From NCBI GenBank assembly GCA_044353855.1, contig JBILBF010000001.1, positions 642,233-706,232 of the forward strand: a stretch of DNA of 64,000 nucleotides, in the 5' to 3' direction. Of this stretch, positions 19,218-28,501 are shown piece by piece (the first letter of the stretch is position 1; every line of letters begins with the position of its first letter). Made by a program: the position numbers and the translations under genes. Origin of the DNA: Bacteroidia bacterium. GTDB taxonomy: Bacteria; Bacteroidota; Bacteroidia; UKL13-3. Under the pieces are notes generated by a model, which saw only the letters and a list, made by a program, of their open reading frames with translations, was not told the origin of the DNA and ran no database searches.

Positions 19218-19927
19218 CTGGTTACATTTTCTGCTAATTTAAATCCACTTCCATGAATATTCACTATTTCAACTGTAGTATCTTCTTTAAGGAGTTTTCT
19301 TAGCTTATTAATATATACATCTAAATTACGTGCTGTGTAAAAATCATCTCGTCCCCATACACTCAGCAATATTGCATTTCGGCTTATTAAATTGTTTTTG
19401 TTTACAATAAAAAGTTTAAGCAACTCTGCCTCTGTTGTACTAATTCTTTTTTCATTTCCAAACTGTTTAAGGATGTGAAGGGTATAGTCTACTTCGGTAT
19501 ACCCTGCAACTAAAATTTCATCCTTTGAAGCAATTCCTGGTTGTGCGAGTTGTGTTCTTTTAATGATTGCTTTGATTCGTGCAATGAGCTCTTGAGTACT
19601 AAAAGGTTTAGTGATGTATTCATCTCCCCCAATTTCAAACCCTTTTAACTTATCTTCTTCTGCTGAGTTTGCAGTTAAAAAAATAATGGGTACATGTTTA
19701 TTCGTTAGTCTAATTTCTGCAGCAAGTTCAAATCCGTTTTTTTTCGGCATGTTTACATCAAAAATACATAAATCAAAACGCTCTGTTTTAAAAGTTTCAA
19801 GTCCCTCAACACCATCTTTACATAATTTGATTGTAAATCCAGCCAATCGCAAATTCTCTTTTAATAAGATACCTAAACTGCTTTCATCTTCAACAAGTAA
19901 TAAATGAGGGAATACTTCCTTTTGCAT
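19214..19927 (-). CDS. two-component response regulator, OmpR/winged-helix family
   Basis: Receiver domain (LLVEDE...D in CIFDVNMPKKNG...K) plus C-terminal trans_reg_C (VDVYINKLRKLL); 4-bp overlap with the kinase gene. Confidence 0.85.
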   Translation of the reverse strand: MQKEVFPHLLLVEDESSLGILLKENLRLAGFTIKLCKDGVEGLETFKTERFDLCIFDVNMPKKNGFELAAEIRLTNKHVPIIFLTANSAEEDKLKGFEIGGDEYITKPFSTQELIARIKAIIKRTQLAQPGIASKDEILVAGYTEVDYTLHILKQFGNEKRISTTEAELLKLFIVNKNNLISRNAILLSVWGRDDFYTARNLDVYINKLRKLLKEDTTVEIVNIHGSGFKLAENVTS

Positions 19928-20118
19928 AAGCTGATGTTGGTTTTGAACAAATGTATAGCATTCATATTTCTTCTTAAAATATTTATAACAGAAGCTTCTT
20001 AATATATTCTAAATTAATCTTCATTATTTAGTTTCTATTGATATTAAGACGTTGGTTAATGTTTTCTTAAAAATGAAATTATTGAATTTTAGAATCAAAA
20101 TGAACATACTTCACTACA

Positions 20119-20985
20119 TTGCTTAAACTTATGTTATACCAAAATACACTCAAACTTCTTCGAATTCCCTTTTCGATTTTTTTGATGCCTGTTTTTTTAT
20201 TTGCATTAAGCCAAACACAACCTATTAATTGGATGCACGCAAGTTTACTTTTTATCGTGCTACATATCTTTATTTATCCATCAAGCAATGCTTATAATAG
20301 TTATATGGATAAAGATGAAACGAGTATTGGTGGACTCGAATTTCCACCACAAGCCACTAAACAACTTTTTTATGCGAGTATATTAATGGATAGTATAGGG
20401 CTTATTATTACTGCTTATATTAGCCTTCATGCAGTTGTCTGTATTGGACTATATATTTTAGCTTCTCGCTTATATAGTTATCGTGGTATAAGGTTAAAAC
20501 AGTTTCCTGTTGTAGGTTTTTTAACGGTTGTTTTTTTCCAAGGTTTTTTTACTTTTTATTTTTGTCAAACCAATATAGGTATTGGCAATATAAATTGGAT
20601 TGCAGCTATTGCGGCTTCTTTTCTTATTGCAGGAGTGTATCCGCTTACACAAATATACCAACATGTAGCTGATGCAAAAGATGGTGTCCAAACCATTAGT
20701 ATGCTGCTTGGGTATAAAGGTACATTCCTTTTTACAGTTGCCATGTTTACAATTGCCAATGCACTATTGTTTTATTGTTTTGCCATACAACATAATGAAC
20801 ATCATTTTTGGATATTAAGCGGATTGTTGTTTCCTACCATTGTATATTTTTTGTATTGGATGAATATCGTATGGAAAGATGAAACACAAGCAAATTTTAA
20901 AAACACTATGCGAATGAATTTGATAGCCTCAAGTACTATGAATTGCTGTTTTCTAATATTATTATTTCTGAATCTACATACATGA
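20119..20985 (+). CDS. UbiA-family aromatic prenyltransferase (membrane)
   Basis: 8-9 TM helices; Asp-rich motif NAYNSYMDKDETSIGG (NxxxDxxxD); 288 aa. Confidence 0.75.
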   Translation: MLKLMLYQNTLKLLRIPFSIFLMPVFLFALSQTQPINWMHASLLFIVLHIFIYPSSNAYNSYMDKDETSIGGLEFPPQATKQLFYASILMDSIGLIITAYISLHAVVCIGLYILASRLYSYRGIRLKQFPVVGFLTVVFFQGFFTFYFCQTNIGIGNINWIAAIAASFLIAGVYPLTQIYQHVADAKDGVQTISMLLGYKGTFLFTVAMFTIANALLFYCFAIQHNEHHFWILSGLLFPTIVYFLYWMNIVWKDETQANFKNTMRMNLIASSTMNCCFLILLFLNLHT

Positions 20986-22073
20986 GCAAACTTATATCAA
21001 TTGGCACGGCAACGCCCGAATTTGAAATCAACCAAATGGATATACATGCCTTTATGGATGTAATTTATGATGGAACAATAGAAGAAAAACGTAGGCTAAA
21101 ATTATTGTACGAGCGAAGTGGAATAAACAAACGATTTTCTGTAATACCTGATTATGACACTCAATTAAAAGAGCGGACGTTATATGCTCAAACTAAAAAC
21201 TTAGAACCGTTTCCTTCTATAGAATTGCGTATGGCTAAATACCAGCAAAAAGCTGCTCCATTAGCAGTAAATGCTAGCCATCAGGCTTTCCAAAACAGTT
21301 CGTTTTTGCCTCAACAAGTTACACATTTAATTACAGTTTCGTGTACAGGGATGTCGGCACCAGGGTTGGATTTGGAGGTAATGGAGTTATTAAACCTGCC
21401 AAATTATACCGAGCGTACTTCTGTCAATTTTATGGGGTGCTATGCTGCTGTTCATGCACTTAAACAAGCAGATGCTATTTGCAACAGTAGACCAAATGCA
21501 TGTGTGCTTATTGTATGTGTAGAGTTGTGTACACTGCATTTCCAAAAAACCAAAGATTATGATAATTTAACCGCTAATGCTATTTTTGGTGATGGCGCTG
21601 CTGCATGTATTGTGGTTAGTGATGAATTGGATACTCATTCTCAATCTGCTTCTATTCAATCTTTTTATAGCGAAGTACATGCTAGTGGAAAACAAGACAT
21701 GGCATGGCAAGTGTCATCTACTGGTTTTTTGATGACGTTGAGCGCTTATATTCCACAGTTAATTGAAAGCAATATTGACCAGCTTTTACAACATGCATTA
21801 GGTAAATATGGTATTTCCCAAAATGAAATTGCGGGTTGGGCAATTCATCCAGGTGGTCGTAAAATTGTGGAAGTAATAGCATCAAAATTGCAACTAAAAC
21901 AAGATGATGTGAAACACTCTTACCAAGTATTACATGATTATGGTAACATGTCATCACCAACAATTTTATTTGTGTTAAAACAAATGTTAGAAGACAATAC
22001 ACTAAAGGGTAATATTTTTGGTGCAGCATTTGGTCCGGGTTTAACCATGGAAACATTTTTAATTCACAAGTAA
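20982..22073 (+). CDS. type III polyketide synthase (chalcone/stilbene synthase family)
   Basis: Catalytic Cys in NFMGCYAAVHAL, His/Asn regions, C-terminal GAAFGPGLTME; start at internal ATG 20982 gives a 4-bp ATGA overlap with the UbiA gene. Confidence 0.9.
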   Translation: MSKLISIGTATPEFEINQMDIHAFMDVIYDGTIEEKRRLKLLYERSGINKRFSVIPDYDTQLKERTLYAQTKNLEPFPSIELRMAKYQQKAAPLAVNASHQAFQNSSFLPQQVTHLITVSCTGMSAPGLDLEVMELLNLPNYTERTSVNFMGCYAAVHALKQADAICNSRPNACVLIVCVELCTLHFQKTKDYDNLTANAIFGDGAAACIVVSDELDTHSQSASIQSFYSEVHASGKQDMAWQVSSTGFLMTLSAYIPQLIESNIDQLLQHALGKYGISQNEIAGWAIHPGGRKIVEVIASKLQLKQDDVKHSYQVLHDYGNMSSPTILFVLKQMLEDNTLKGNIFGAAFGPGLTMETFLIHK

Positions 22074-22099
22074 TTTATGTTGATTTAGCACCTATTAAT

Positions 22100-22795
22100 A
22101 TGTTTACTAACAGATCAACTCTAACAGAATTATTAGATGCAGATAGTATTCCACAACAAGATTTGTTTCGCAATTTACATGAGTTGGATGTTATCAATAG
22201 ATTACTTGGCGGACATGCTGTTACCCTAAAAGCAATCAAAAGCTTAAATCTAAAACAAGATAAAGTGTACCATGTCTTAGATATTGGAAGTGGAGGAGGT
22301 GACACATTAAAAGCCATTGCAAAGTGGGGTAGAAAAAATGGAATTCAATTAGCGTTAACTGGGGTAGATTTAAAATCGGATTGTATCCAATACGCTCAAT
22401 CTTTTTGTAAAGAGTATCCTGAAATCACATTTATTCAAAGCGACTATCGTCAAATACCCAATTTACAGTTAACATTTGATATTATTATTTCTGCTCTTTT
22501 TTGCCATCATTTATCAGATGATGAAATACAGGATTTATGTTTGTGGGGGAGTAAACATGCTAACAATGCTTTTATTATAAACGATCTTCATAGGCATCCA
22601 CTAGCTTATTATAGTATTGCATGTCTCACCCAAATTTTTTCACATTCATATCTTGTCAAAAATGATGCAAAGTTATCGGTATTGCGTGGGTTTAAAAAAA
22701 GTGACCTAACTAAACTAATTAATTTTTTATCCACTCAAAAAATCACCCTAAAATGGATGTGGGCATTCAGGTGGTTATTGGTAATTCGAAAATGA
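22100..22795 (+). CDS. SAM-dependent methyltransferase
   Basis: Class I MTase motif I VLDIGSGGGDTL; 231 aa. Confidence 0.8.
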   Translation: MFTNRSTLTELLDADSIPQQDLFRNLHELDVINRLLGGHAVTLKAIKSLNLKQDKVYHVLDIGSGGGDTLKAIAKWGRKNGIQLALTGVDLKSDCIQYAQSFCKEYPEITFIQSDYRQIPNLQLTFDIIISALFCHHLSDDEIQDLCLWGSKHANNAFIINDLHRHPLAYYSIACLTQIFSHSYLVKNDAKLSVLRGFKKSDLTKLINFLSTQKITLKWMWAFRWLLVIRK

Positions 22796-23919
22796 GTACT
22801 TCACAACCATACGATGTAGCCATTATTGGTGGCGGACTTGCAGGCTTAACCTTTGCCATTCAAATGCGCAAAGTAGGCTTACATGTTTTACTATGTGAAA
22901 AAGAAACCTATCCTTTTCATAAAGTATGTGGAGAATACATTAGCATGGAAAGTTGGGATTTTTTGGAGCGTTTAGGTGTGCCATTATCCAACATGAATTT
23001 GCCACGTATTACCAACTTAACTATTTCTGCTCCCAATGGCAATACATTATCACACAAGCTTAATTTGGGTGGATTTGGGATTAGCCGCTACACGTTGGAT
23101 TATAAACTCTTTACCATTGCCAAAAAGTTGGGTGTTGATATAAAGGAAGGGTGCACTGTAAATGATGTTCATCATCAGCAATTGCATACCAATGCAGGAA
23201 ATTTTTCGGCAAACATAATTGTGGGTAGCTGGGGCAAACGTTCTAAAATGGATGCAAGTTTGATGCGTAATTTTTTACAACCGCATAATAGGAAGTTAAA
23301 TAATTATGTAGGTGTAAAATACCATATTGAAGCTGATTTACCAGAAAATGTAATTGAGTTACATAATTTTAAAAATGGCTATTGTGGCATTTCCAAAATT
23401 GAAGATAACAAATACTGCATATGCTATTTGGTGAGTGGGCAAGAATTAAAATTAGCACACGGAAATATTCAACAATTACAAGAAAATGTGCTGATGAAAA
23501 ACCCATACCTGCAAAAATATTTTTCACAGTTTCCATCCTTATATGCCAAACCATTAACCATTTCACAAATTAGTTTTGAGCCTAAAACATTAACCGAACA
23601 AGGCATCATTATGGCAGGTGATGCTGCAGGATTAATAACACCACTTTGTGGTAATGGAATGAGTATGGCTATGCATGCATCTTATTTATTAGCACAACAA
23701 CTTATAGCTTATTTTGATGGTAACCAATCGAAAGAAATGCTCATTAAAAATTACAGTAATGATTGGCAACAGCATTTTTCAAGTAGGTTAAAAACTGGAC
23801 GTTTTATTCAATCATTATTTGGTAATCCTTTCCTTACCAATATTGCTATTCCTTTGCTTAAGCCATTCCCATTTGTAATAAATGCTTTGGTAAAAAGCAC
23901 CCATGGCAAACCTTTTTAG
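22792..23919 (+). CDS. FAD-dependent monooxygenase / geranylgeranyl-reductase-family oxidoreductase
   Basis: Dinucleotide-binding YDVAIIGGGLAGL and GD motif GDAAGLITPLCGNGMSMAM; ATGA overlap with the methyltransferase stop. Confidence 0.8.
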   Translation: MSTSQPYDVAIIGGGLAGLTFAIQMRKVGLHVLLCEKETYPFHKVCGEYISMESWDFLERLGVPLSNMNLPRITNLTISAPNGNTLSHKLNLGGFGISRYTLDYKLFTIAKKLGVDIKEGCTVNDVHHQQLHTNAGNFSANIIVGSWGKRSKMDASLMRNFLQPHNRKLNNYVGVKYHIEADLPENVIELHNFKNGYCGISKIEDNKYCICYLVSGQELKLAHGNIQQLQENVLMKNPYLQKYFSQFPSLYAKPLTISQISFEPKTLTEQGIIMAGDAAGLITPLCGNGMSMAMHASYLLAQQLIAYFDGNQSKEMLIKNYSNDWQQHFSSRLKTGRFIQSLFGNPFLTNIAIPLLKPFPFVINALVKSTHGKPF

Positions 23920-23939
23920 TCTATTCGTGTTTTGTATAC

Positions 23940-24626
23940 ATGAAACATTATGTAATAGTTGGAGCCAGCAGTGGCATTGGATTTGAACTTGCCAAACAAT
24001 TGAGCCCTAGTCATAAAATAACAGCATTAGCTCGAACAGAAAAGGAATTAGGCAGCCTTAATAACACTTCTTTTTACAGCTGTGATATTGCTGAAGAAAC
24101 CCCAACGTTTCCGTCAATAGAAATCCCAATTGATGGCTTAATTTATTGTCCGGGTACCATCAATCTAAAGCCTTTTAGAGGGATTAAAAACGAAGATTAC
24201 CTTCACGAGTGGAACATTAATTTTTTAGGTGCGGTAAAAACAATTCGCAACTATTTACCTCAATTACAACAAGGCCAAAATCCAAGTATTGTATTGTTTA
24301 GTACCATTGCTGTTCAACTCGGAATGCCATTTCATGCCAGTATTAGCGCTGCTAAAGGAGCTGTTGAAGGGTTAACCAAAAGTTTAGCAGCTGAGTTTGC
24401 CCCCAAAATTAGGGTAAACGCAATTGCTCCATCGCTTACCAATACACCTTTGGCTGATAAGCTATTGAATAACGAAGCTAAATTATCAGCAGCAGCCGAA
24501 AGGCATCCATTAAAAACAATCGGGCAACCAAATGATATTGCAGACGCTGTTCTTTATGTATTAAACGCAAATTGGGTTACAGGCCAAATTATTCATGTTG
24601 ATGGGGGCATGAGTGCTATTAAATAA
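23940..24626 (+). CDS. short-chain dehydrogenase/reductase (SDR)
   Basis: IVGASSGIGFELA cofactor-binding motif; S...YxxxK (SISAAKGAVEG) catalytic region. Confidence 0.85.
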   Translation: MKHYVIVGASSGIGFELAKQLSPSHKITALARTEKELGSLNNTSFYSCDIAEETPTFPSIEIPIDGLIYCPGTINLKPFRGIKNEDYLHEWNINFLGAVKTIRNYLPQLQQGQNPSIVLFSTIAVQLGMPFHASISAAKGAVEGLTKSLAAEFAPKIRVNAIAPSLTNTPLADKLLNNEAKLSAAAERHPLKTIGQPNDIADAVLYVLNANWVTGQIIHVDGGMSAIK

Positions 24627-25155
24627 TTACAGTGATTCTTACATAAATAAAAACAATAGTTACTTTAAATGGAAAAAAGGGTTTTACGCCTCAATTTCCA
24701 TCAATTTACCAATCTCCAAATGTAAAACCAATCAAAGTAAAAATGGATTTGCGTTTTGTTGAGAAACAGCATATAAAATGCAATAGAATAATATTGACAG
24801 TTTAAGAATATATAAAAATCATATTGGAAAATAATTCGTATTTGAATGTCCATAACATGCTACTGTTAAATCAAAGCAAAAGCACAGGTGTAAATGGTTT
24901 GGAATCATATAATGCTTTAATTAAAAAGAAGGAACTACCCAATGTAAAGGGTATTTAATATCTGGTATAATTAGTCCAATTGCGCTCAATTGTTCACAGG
25001 TATAATTTTAGCTGTCTATTTTTGTGTTATGCTGTTAAGGCCTTGTATCTTGTATATCTTAGGTTATTGTAACGCGATATTAGATTTCAAATCCTCAATA
25101 TCCACCGCTTTCTTCGGGGTAGTCTATTTCGTAAGATGAAGTATTCGGTTTAGTT

Positions 25156-26319
25156 TTGGTGTTGATGATACTCACACATAAATACGAACCATCAATACTC
25201 ATTGACGAAATGCATTGGCAGCAATGTCGAATGTATGATGAATTGGTTAAAATTTTTGAGTTTATAGACTTACCCGAAAACATAAAAGTTATTGAGCAAC
25301 AAAATAGTGCCATTTTAAGAGCCTACTATGCAAATGCAATAACCCATAATATCATTGATATTAAAACGGTAAAGTATATTGTTAAAGGCAATATAAAACC
25401 TAAAGGCATAAACGAACGTGCAGTTGAACAATTTATAAAAGCAGAACGTTATCTCGATTCAATAGTAAACGAGTCATTAAGTATTTCGATAGTATATCAA
25501 CTTCAAAAAATTCTAATTTTAGATTTATACAACAACCGAGAGGATGTTAATTTATTTTCAGCAAATTCTGTTCGTCCAATAGAAAAGCTTAGTGCAACAG
25601 CTGAGATGGAATTGGAATCATTATTTGAGTTTATAAATACTGATAATGAATTTCACCCTATCAACCAATCTTGGATTTTACATTTTAGGTTATTAAATAC
25701 CCGTTTGTTTTCTGAAGGAACTACAAAAATTGCATCTTTACTTCAATATTTTTGGCTTAAGAAAAAAGGAATGGATGCTTTTGGTATGCTAAGTATAGAG
25801 CATGAGTTATATGTAAACAAAAATGAATATCAAGGTTTTTGGGATGATCAACTCCCGGAATATGTAAACGATATTCAACAACAGTTTAATTTTGGAATGG
25901 AATTGTTTGGCACGCAACTAGATCGAATCAAACAATTATTACGTTCCTATTTTAGAAAACAGGTGGATTTTGAGAAGCTCAACCCCCGTCAAAAAAATAT
26001 CATGAATTATGTTTTTGAGCGTGGATATCGATTAAAAGAAATGGATGATTCCGTTTTAAATAAAAGACAAAAATTAATTATGTATATCATTCAACATAGA
26101 GGATTTATTTCTACTAAAGACTTGGTGAATGAGTTTGAATGTAATCGGAAAACCATACAGCGAGATTTTGTTTCGTTAACCGATAATAATTTGGTAAAAA
26201 TAATTGGAAAAGGTGCAGGTTTACGTTATGCTGTAAACCTAACGGAAAGAAAGTATCAGCATTTAGATAAATACCAATCTCCTTTGGTTGTTGATGATCC
26301 GATTGAAATTGAATTATAA
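25156..26319 (+). CDS. hypothetical protein with tandem C-terminal winged-helix (DeoR-like) DNA-binding domains; possible degenerate Fic-family architecture
   Basis: Two C-terminal wHTH-like segments (RQKNIMNYVFERGYRLKEM; RQKLIMYIIQHRGFISTKDLVNEFECNRKTIQRDF); the central HP...R region lacks the HPFxxGNGR Fic motif. Confidence 0.55.
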   Translation: MVLMILTHKYEPSILIDEMHWQQCRMYDELVKIFEFIDLPENIKVIEQQNSAILRAYYANAITHNIIDIKTVKYIVKGNIKPKGINERAVEQFIKAERYLDSIVNESLSISIVYQLQKILILDLYNNREDVNLFSANSVRPIEKLSATAEMELESLFEFINTDNEFHPINQSWILHFRLLNTRLFSEGTTKIASLLQYFWLKKKGMDAFGMLSIEHELYVNKNEYQGFWDDQLPEYVNDIQQQFNFGMELFGTQLDRIKQLLRSYFRKQVDFEKLNPRQKNIMNYVFERGYRLKEMDDSVLNKRQKLIMYIIQHRGFISTKDLVNEFECNRKTIQRDFVSLTDNNLVKIIGKGAGLRYAVNLTERKYQHLDKYQSPLVVDDPIEIEL

Positions 26320-26321
26320 CC

Positions 26322-26358
26322 AAAAAAAAGGTCCCACTATACGGTGGGACTTTTTTTA
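26322..26358. terminator. bidirectional terminator between convergent genes
   Basis: aaaaaaaag gtcccac tatac ggtgggac tttttttat. Confidence 0.7.
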
Positions 26359-26577
26359 TAGTTCGTCTTCGTTGTAAAAATAATCCTCATTGGTCGGGTA
26401 GTCCGGCCAAATTTCTTCAATACTTTCAAATGGTTCACCATCATCTTCCAATTCTTGTAAGTTCTCAATTACCTCTAAAGGAGCTCCCGAACGTATTGCG
26501 TAGTCTATCAGCTCATCTTTAATTGCGGGCCAAGGTGCGTCATCTAAATGTGATGCTAATTCTAATGTCCAGTACAT
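26356..26577 (-). CDS. small acidic DUF2795-like protein (73 aa)
   Basis: Conserved small Bacteroidota protein pattern (MYWTLELASHLDDAPWPAIKDELIDYAIRSGAP...). Confidence 0.55.
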   Translation of the reverse strand: MYWTLELASHLDDAPWPAIKDELIDYAIRSGAPLEVIENLQELEDDGEPFESIEEIWPDYPTNEDYFYNEDEL

Positions 26578-26662
26578 AGTATTATCTGTTTAATTTAATG
26601 CGAATATAAAATTTTGAAGTTACTGCGAAAGTAATTTTTTGAATAATTAATTCCTGCCAAAT

Positions 26663-27757
26663 TTATTTGCTTAAATCTATCATTTTCAGCGTTTCAGCTT
26701 TATTTATTTTGCCTGTAGGGGTATAGCTAAAGGAGGGAAAAGTATAATATAACTTTGGAATCTCATGTTTAGCTAGTTTTTGAGCCAACTTCAAAATAAG
26801 TCCTTTTTGTTGCGAGGGATCCCAATTTGTTGATTCAATAAGGGCTATTACTTTTTGTCCGTATAACATATCATCTATCCCGCAAATAAAAACATTGGTT
26901 ATGGTATCTGATAATACAGAACGAATGGCCTCTTCAATTTTGCCAGGAAATATTTTTAACCCACCTGAATTGATTATATCATCGGCTCTTCCCAAAACAA
27001 TAAACGATGTATCATCTATTAGCTCGACTACATCATTTGTTTGCAACCAACTATTATTTGTGGAAACACTTTTAATAGCAAGGCAATGTCGATCATCTGT
27101 TCGAATATTTACACCTTTTAGTAAGGTGAAATAATCCTCTTTGCCAATTTGTTTGAGTGCTATATGGCTAACCGTTTCGGTCATTCCATAAGTATGAAAA
27201 ACTTTGGTGTTCAACTTACCTAAAGCGGCTTCTAGCTTTTTATCAATGGTAGTTCCGCCTATAAGTATCCGACTAAATTTAGTGAGTTTTTGGGTTTCAT
27301 TGGCTTCATTTTTAATTATTGAAAAAACCTGTAATGGAGCAAACGATGCAAAAGTGTATGGGTGATTGATTTGTATGTTTTGTAACGGATTACTACCTGG
27401 TTCTTGTAATGTAATAGTAGCACCTAATATCAAACCGCGTACAAGCAACATTGCCCCCCCAATAAACTGTGTGTTCATGCAAAGTAAAATATGTTCATCA
27501 GCAGTAAGCAATAATGTTTCTATTGTGCTTTTTGCACTCGCTTCTAATTGTTCACGGTATAGTATTGTTTTTTTCGGAATACCTGTTGATCCCGATGTAT
27601 GAAAAACAAATTGTTGTTGGTTATTTAGCCATTGTTGTGCAAGCTTAAACGAAAAGGTATGCATAGCTTCGTCATCACTTAACAGAGCTGCTCCATCATG
27701 CTTTATTGCATTAAATGAATAGCTTTTGTTATTTACGATTATTGAAGACATGTTCAA
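26663..27757 (-). CDS. menE: AMP-binding enzyme, probably O-succinylbenzoate--CoA ligase (short MenE type)
   Basis: AMP-binding motif HTSGSTGIPK, YGMTE, and GRADDIINSGG; the 364-aa length is typical of Bacteroidota MenE. Confidence 0.65.
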   Translation of the reverse strand: MNMSSIIVNNKSYSFNAIKHDGAALLSDDEAMHTFSFKLAQQWLNNQQQFVFHTSGSTGIPKKTILYREQLEASAKSTIETLLLTADEHILLCMNTQFIGGAMLLVRGLILGATITLQEPGSNPLQNIQINHPYTFASFAPLQVFSIIKNEANETQKLTKFSRILIGGTTIDKKLEAALGKLNTKVFHTYGMTETVSHIALKQIGKEDYFTLLKGVNIRTDDRHCLAIKSVSTNNSWLQTNDVVELIDDTSFIVLGRADDIINSGGLKIFPGKIEEAIRSVLSDTITNVFICGIDDMLYGQKVIALIESTNWDPSQQKGLILKLAQKLAKHEIPKLYYTFPSFSYTPTGKINKAETLKMIDLSK

Positions 27758-27834
27758 TTCTATTTAAATTATTGGCTAAGCCATTTTAACAAAAAATGGA
27801 ACAACCAATCACCATATAAACTCATTACAATCAA

Positions 27835-28479
27835 CTAAAAAGTATAACGAACATACTTGATCGTTCGTCCTTTTGCGGAAAATTTATTTTCGTAATATGT
27901 TCGGATTTCCCGTAAATGAGGATGTGAATCTTGGTTTCCATGCACATCCCAATTTACCTCTTGTGTTGTAATATTTACCTCTTTTAAAACCTCAAGCGAA
28001 TATTCAAACAAAGGAGTATCGTCTGTTTTAAAATTAACTACACCACCTGGTTTTAAAATTTGTTTGTATAAATTTAAAAATCCTGGGCTTGTTAGCCTAT
28101 GCTTAATATGTCTTTCTCTGGGAAAAGGGTCAGGAAATGTAATCCATATTTCGTCTACTTCGTCTACTTCAAATACTGTTGTAATATTGTTTATAATCAT
28201 TCGGATAAAACCCGCATTGGTAATGCCTTGCTCTTTAGCTGTGAGTGCCCCACGCCACATTCTATTGCTTTTAATATCAATACCCAAAAAATTTTTTTCA
28301 GGATATTGCGTGCTCAATGCAACTGTATACTCTCCTTTACCACATCCCAATTCTAATACCAAGGGGTGATTATTTTTGAACACCTCTTGTTTCCATTTCC
28401 CCTTTAAATCATAAGGAAAATCAAAGGTTTTATCAAACTCTTTAAACTCTGCAAATTGCTGTAATTTTCTTTTAGCCAT
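27835..28479 (-). CDS. trmB: tRNA (guanine46-N7)-methyltransferase
   Basis: VLELGCGKGEYTVAL SAM motif and TrmB-typical core; 214 aa. Confidence 0.9.
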   Translation of the reverse strand: MAKRKLQQFAEFKEFDKTFDFPYDLKGKWKQEVFKNNHPLVLELGCGKGEYTVALSTQYPEKNFLGIDIKSNRMWRGALTAKEQGITNAGFIRMIINNITTVFEVDEVDEIWITFPDPFPRERHIKHRLTSPGFLNLYKQILKPGGVVNFKTDDTPLFEYSLEVLKEVNITTQEVNWDVHGNQDSHPHLREIRTYYENKFSAKGRTIKYVRYTF

Positions 28480-28501
28480 AATACGGGCACAATGATAGCG
28501 G

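Noticed and set aside
22792-23919. Flavin-dependent halogenase in the PKS cluster
   Set aside because: It has GxGxxG and a GD motif but no WxWxIP halogenase signature; called a monooxygenase/reductase-family flavoprotein instead.
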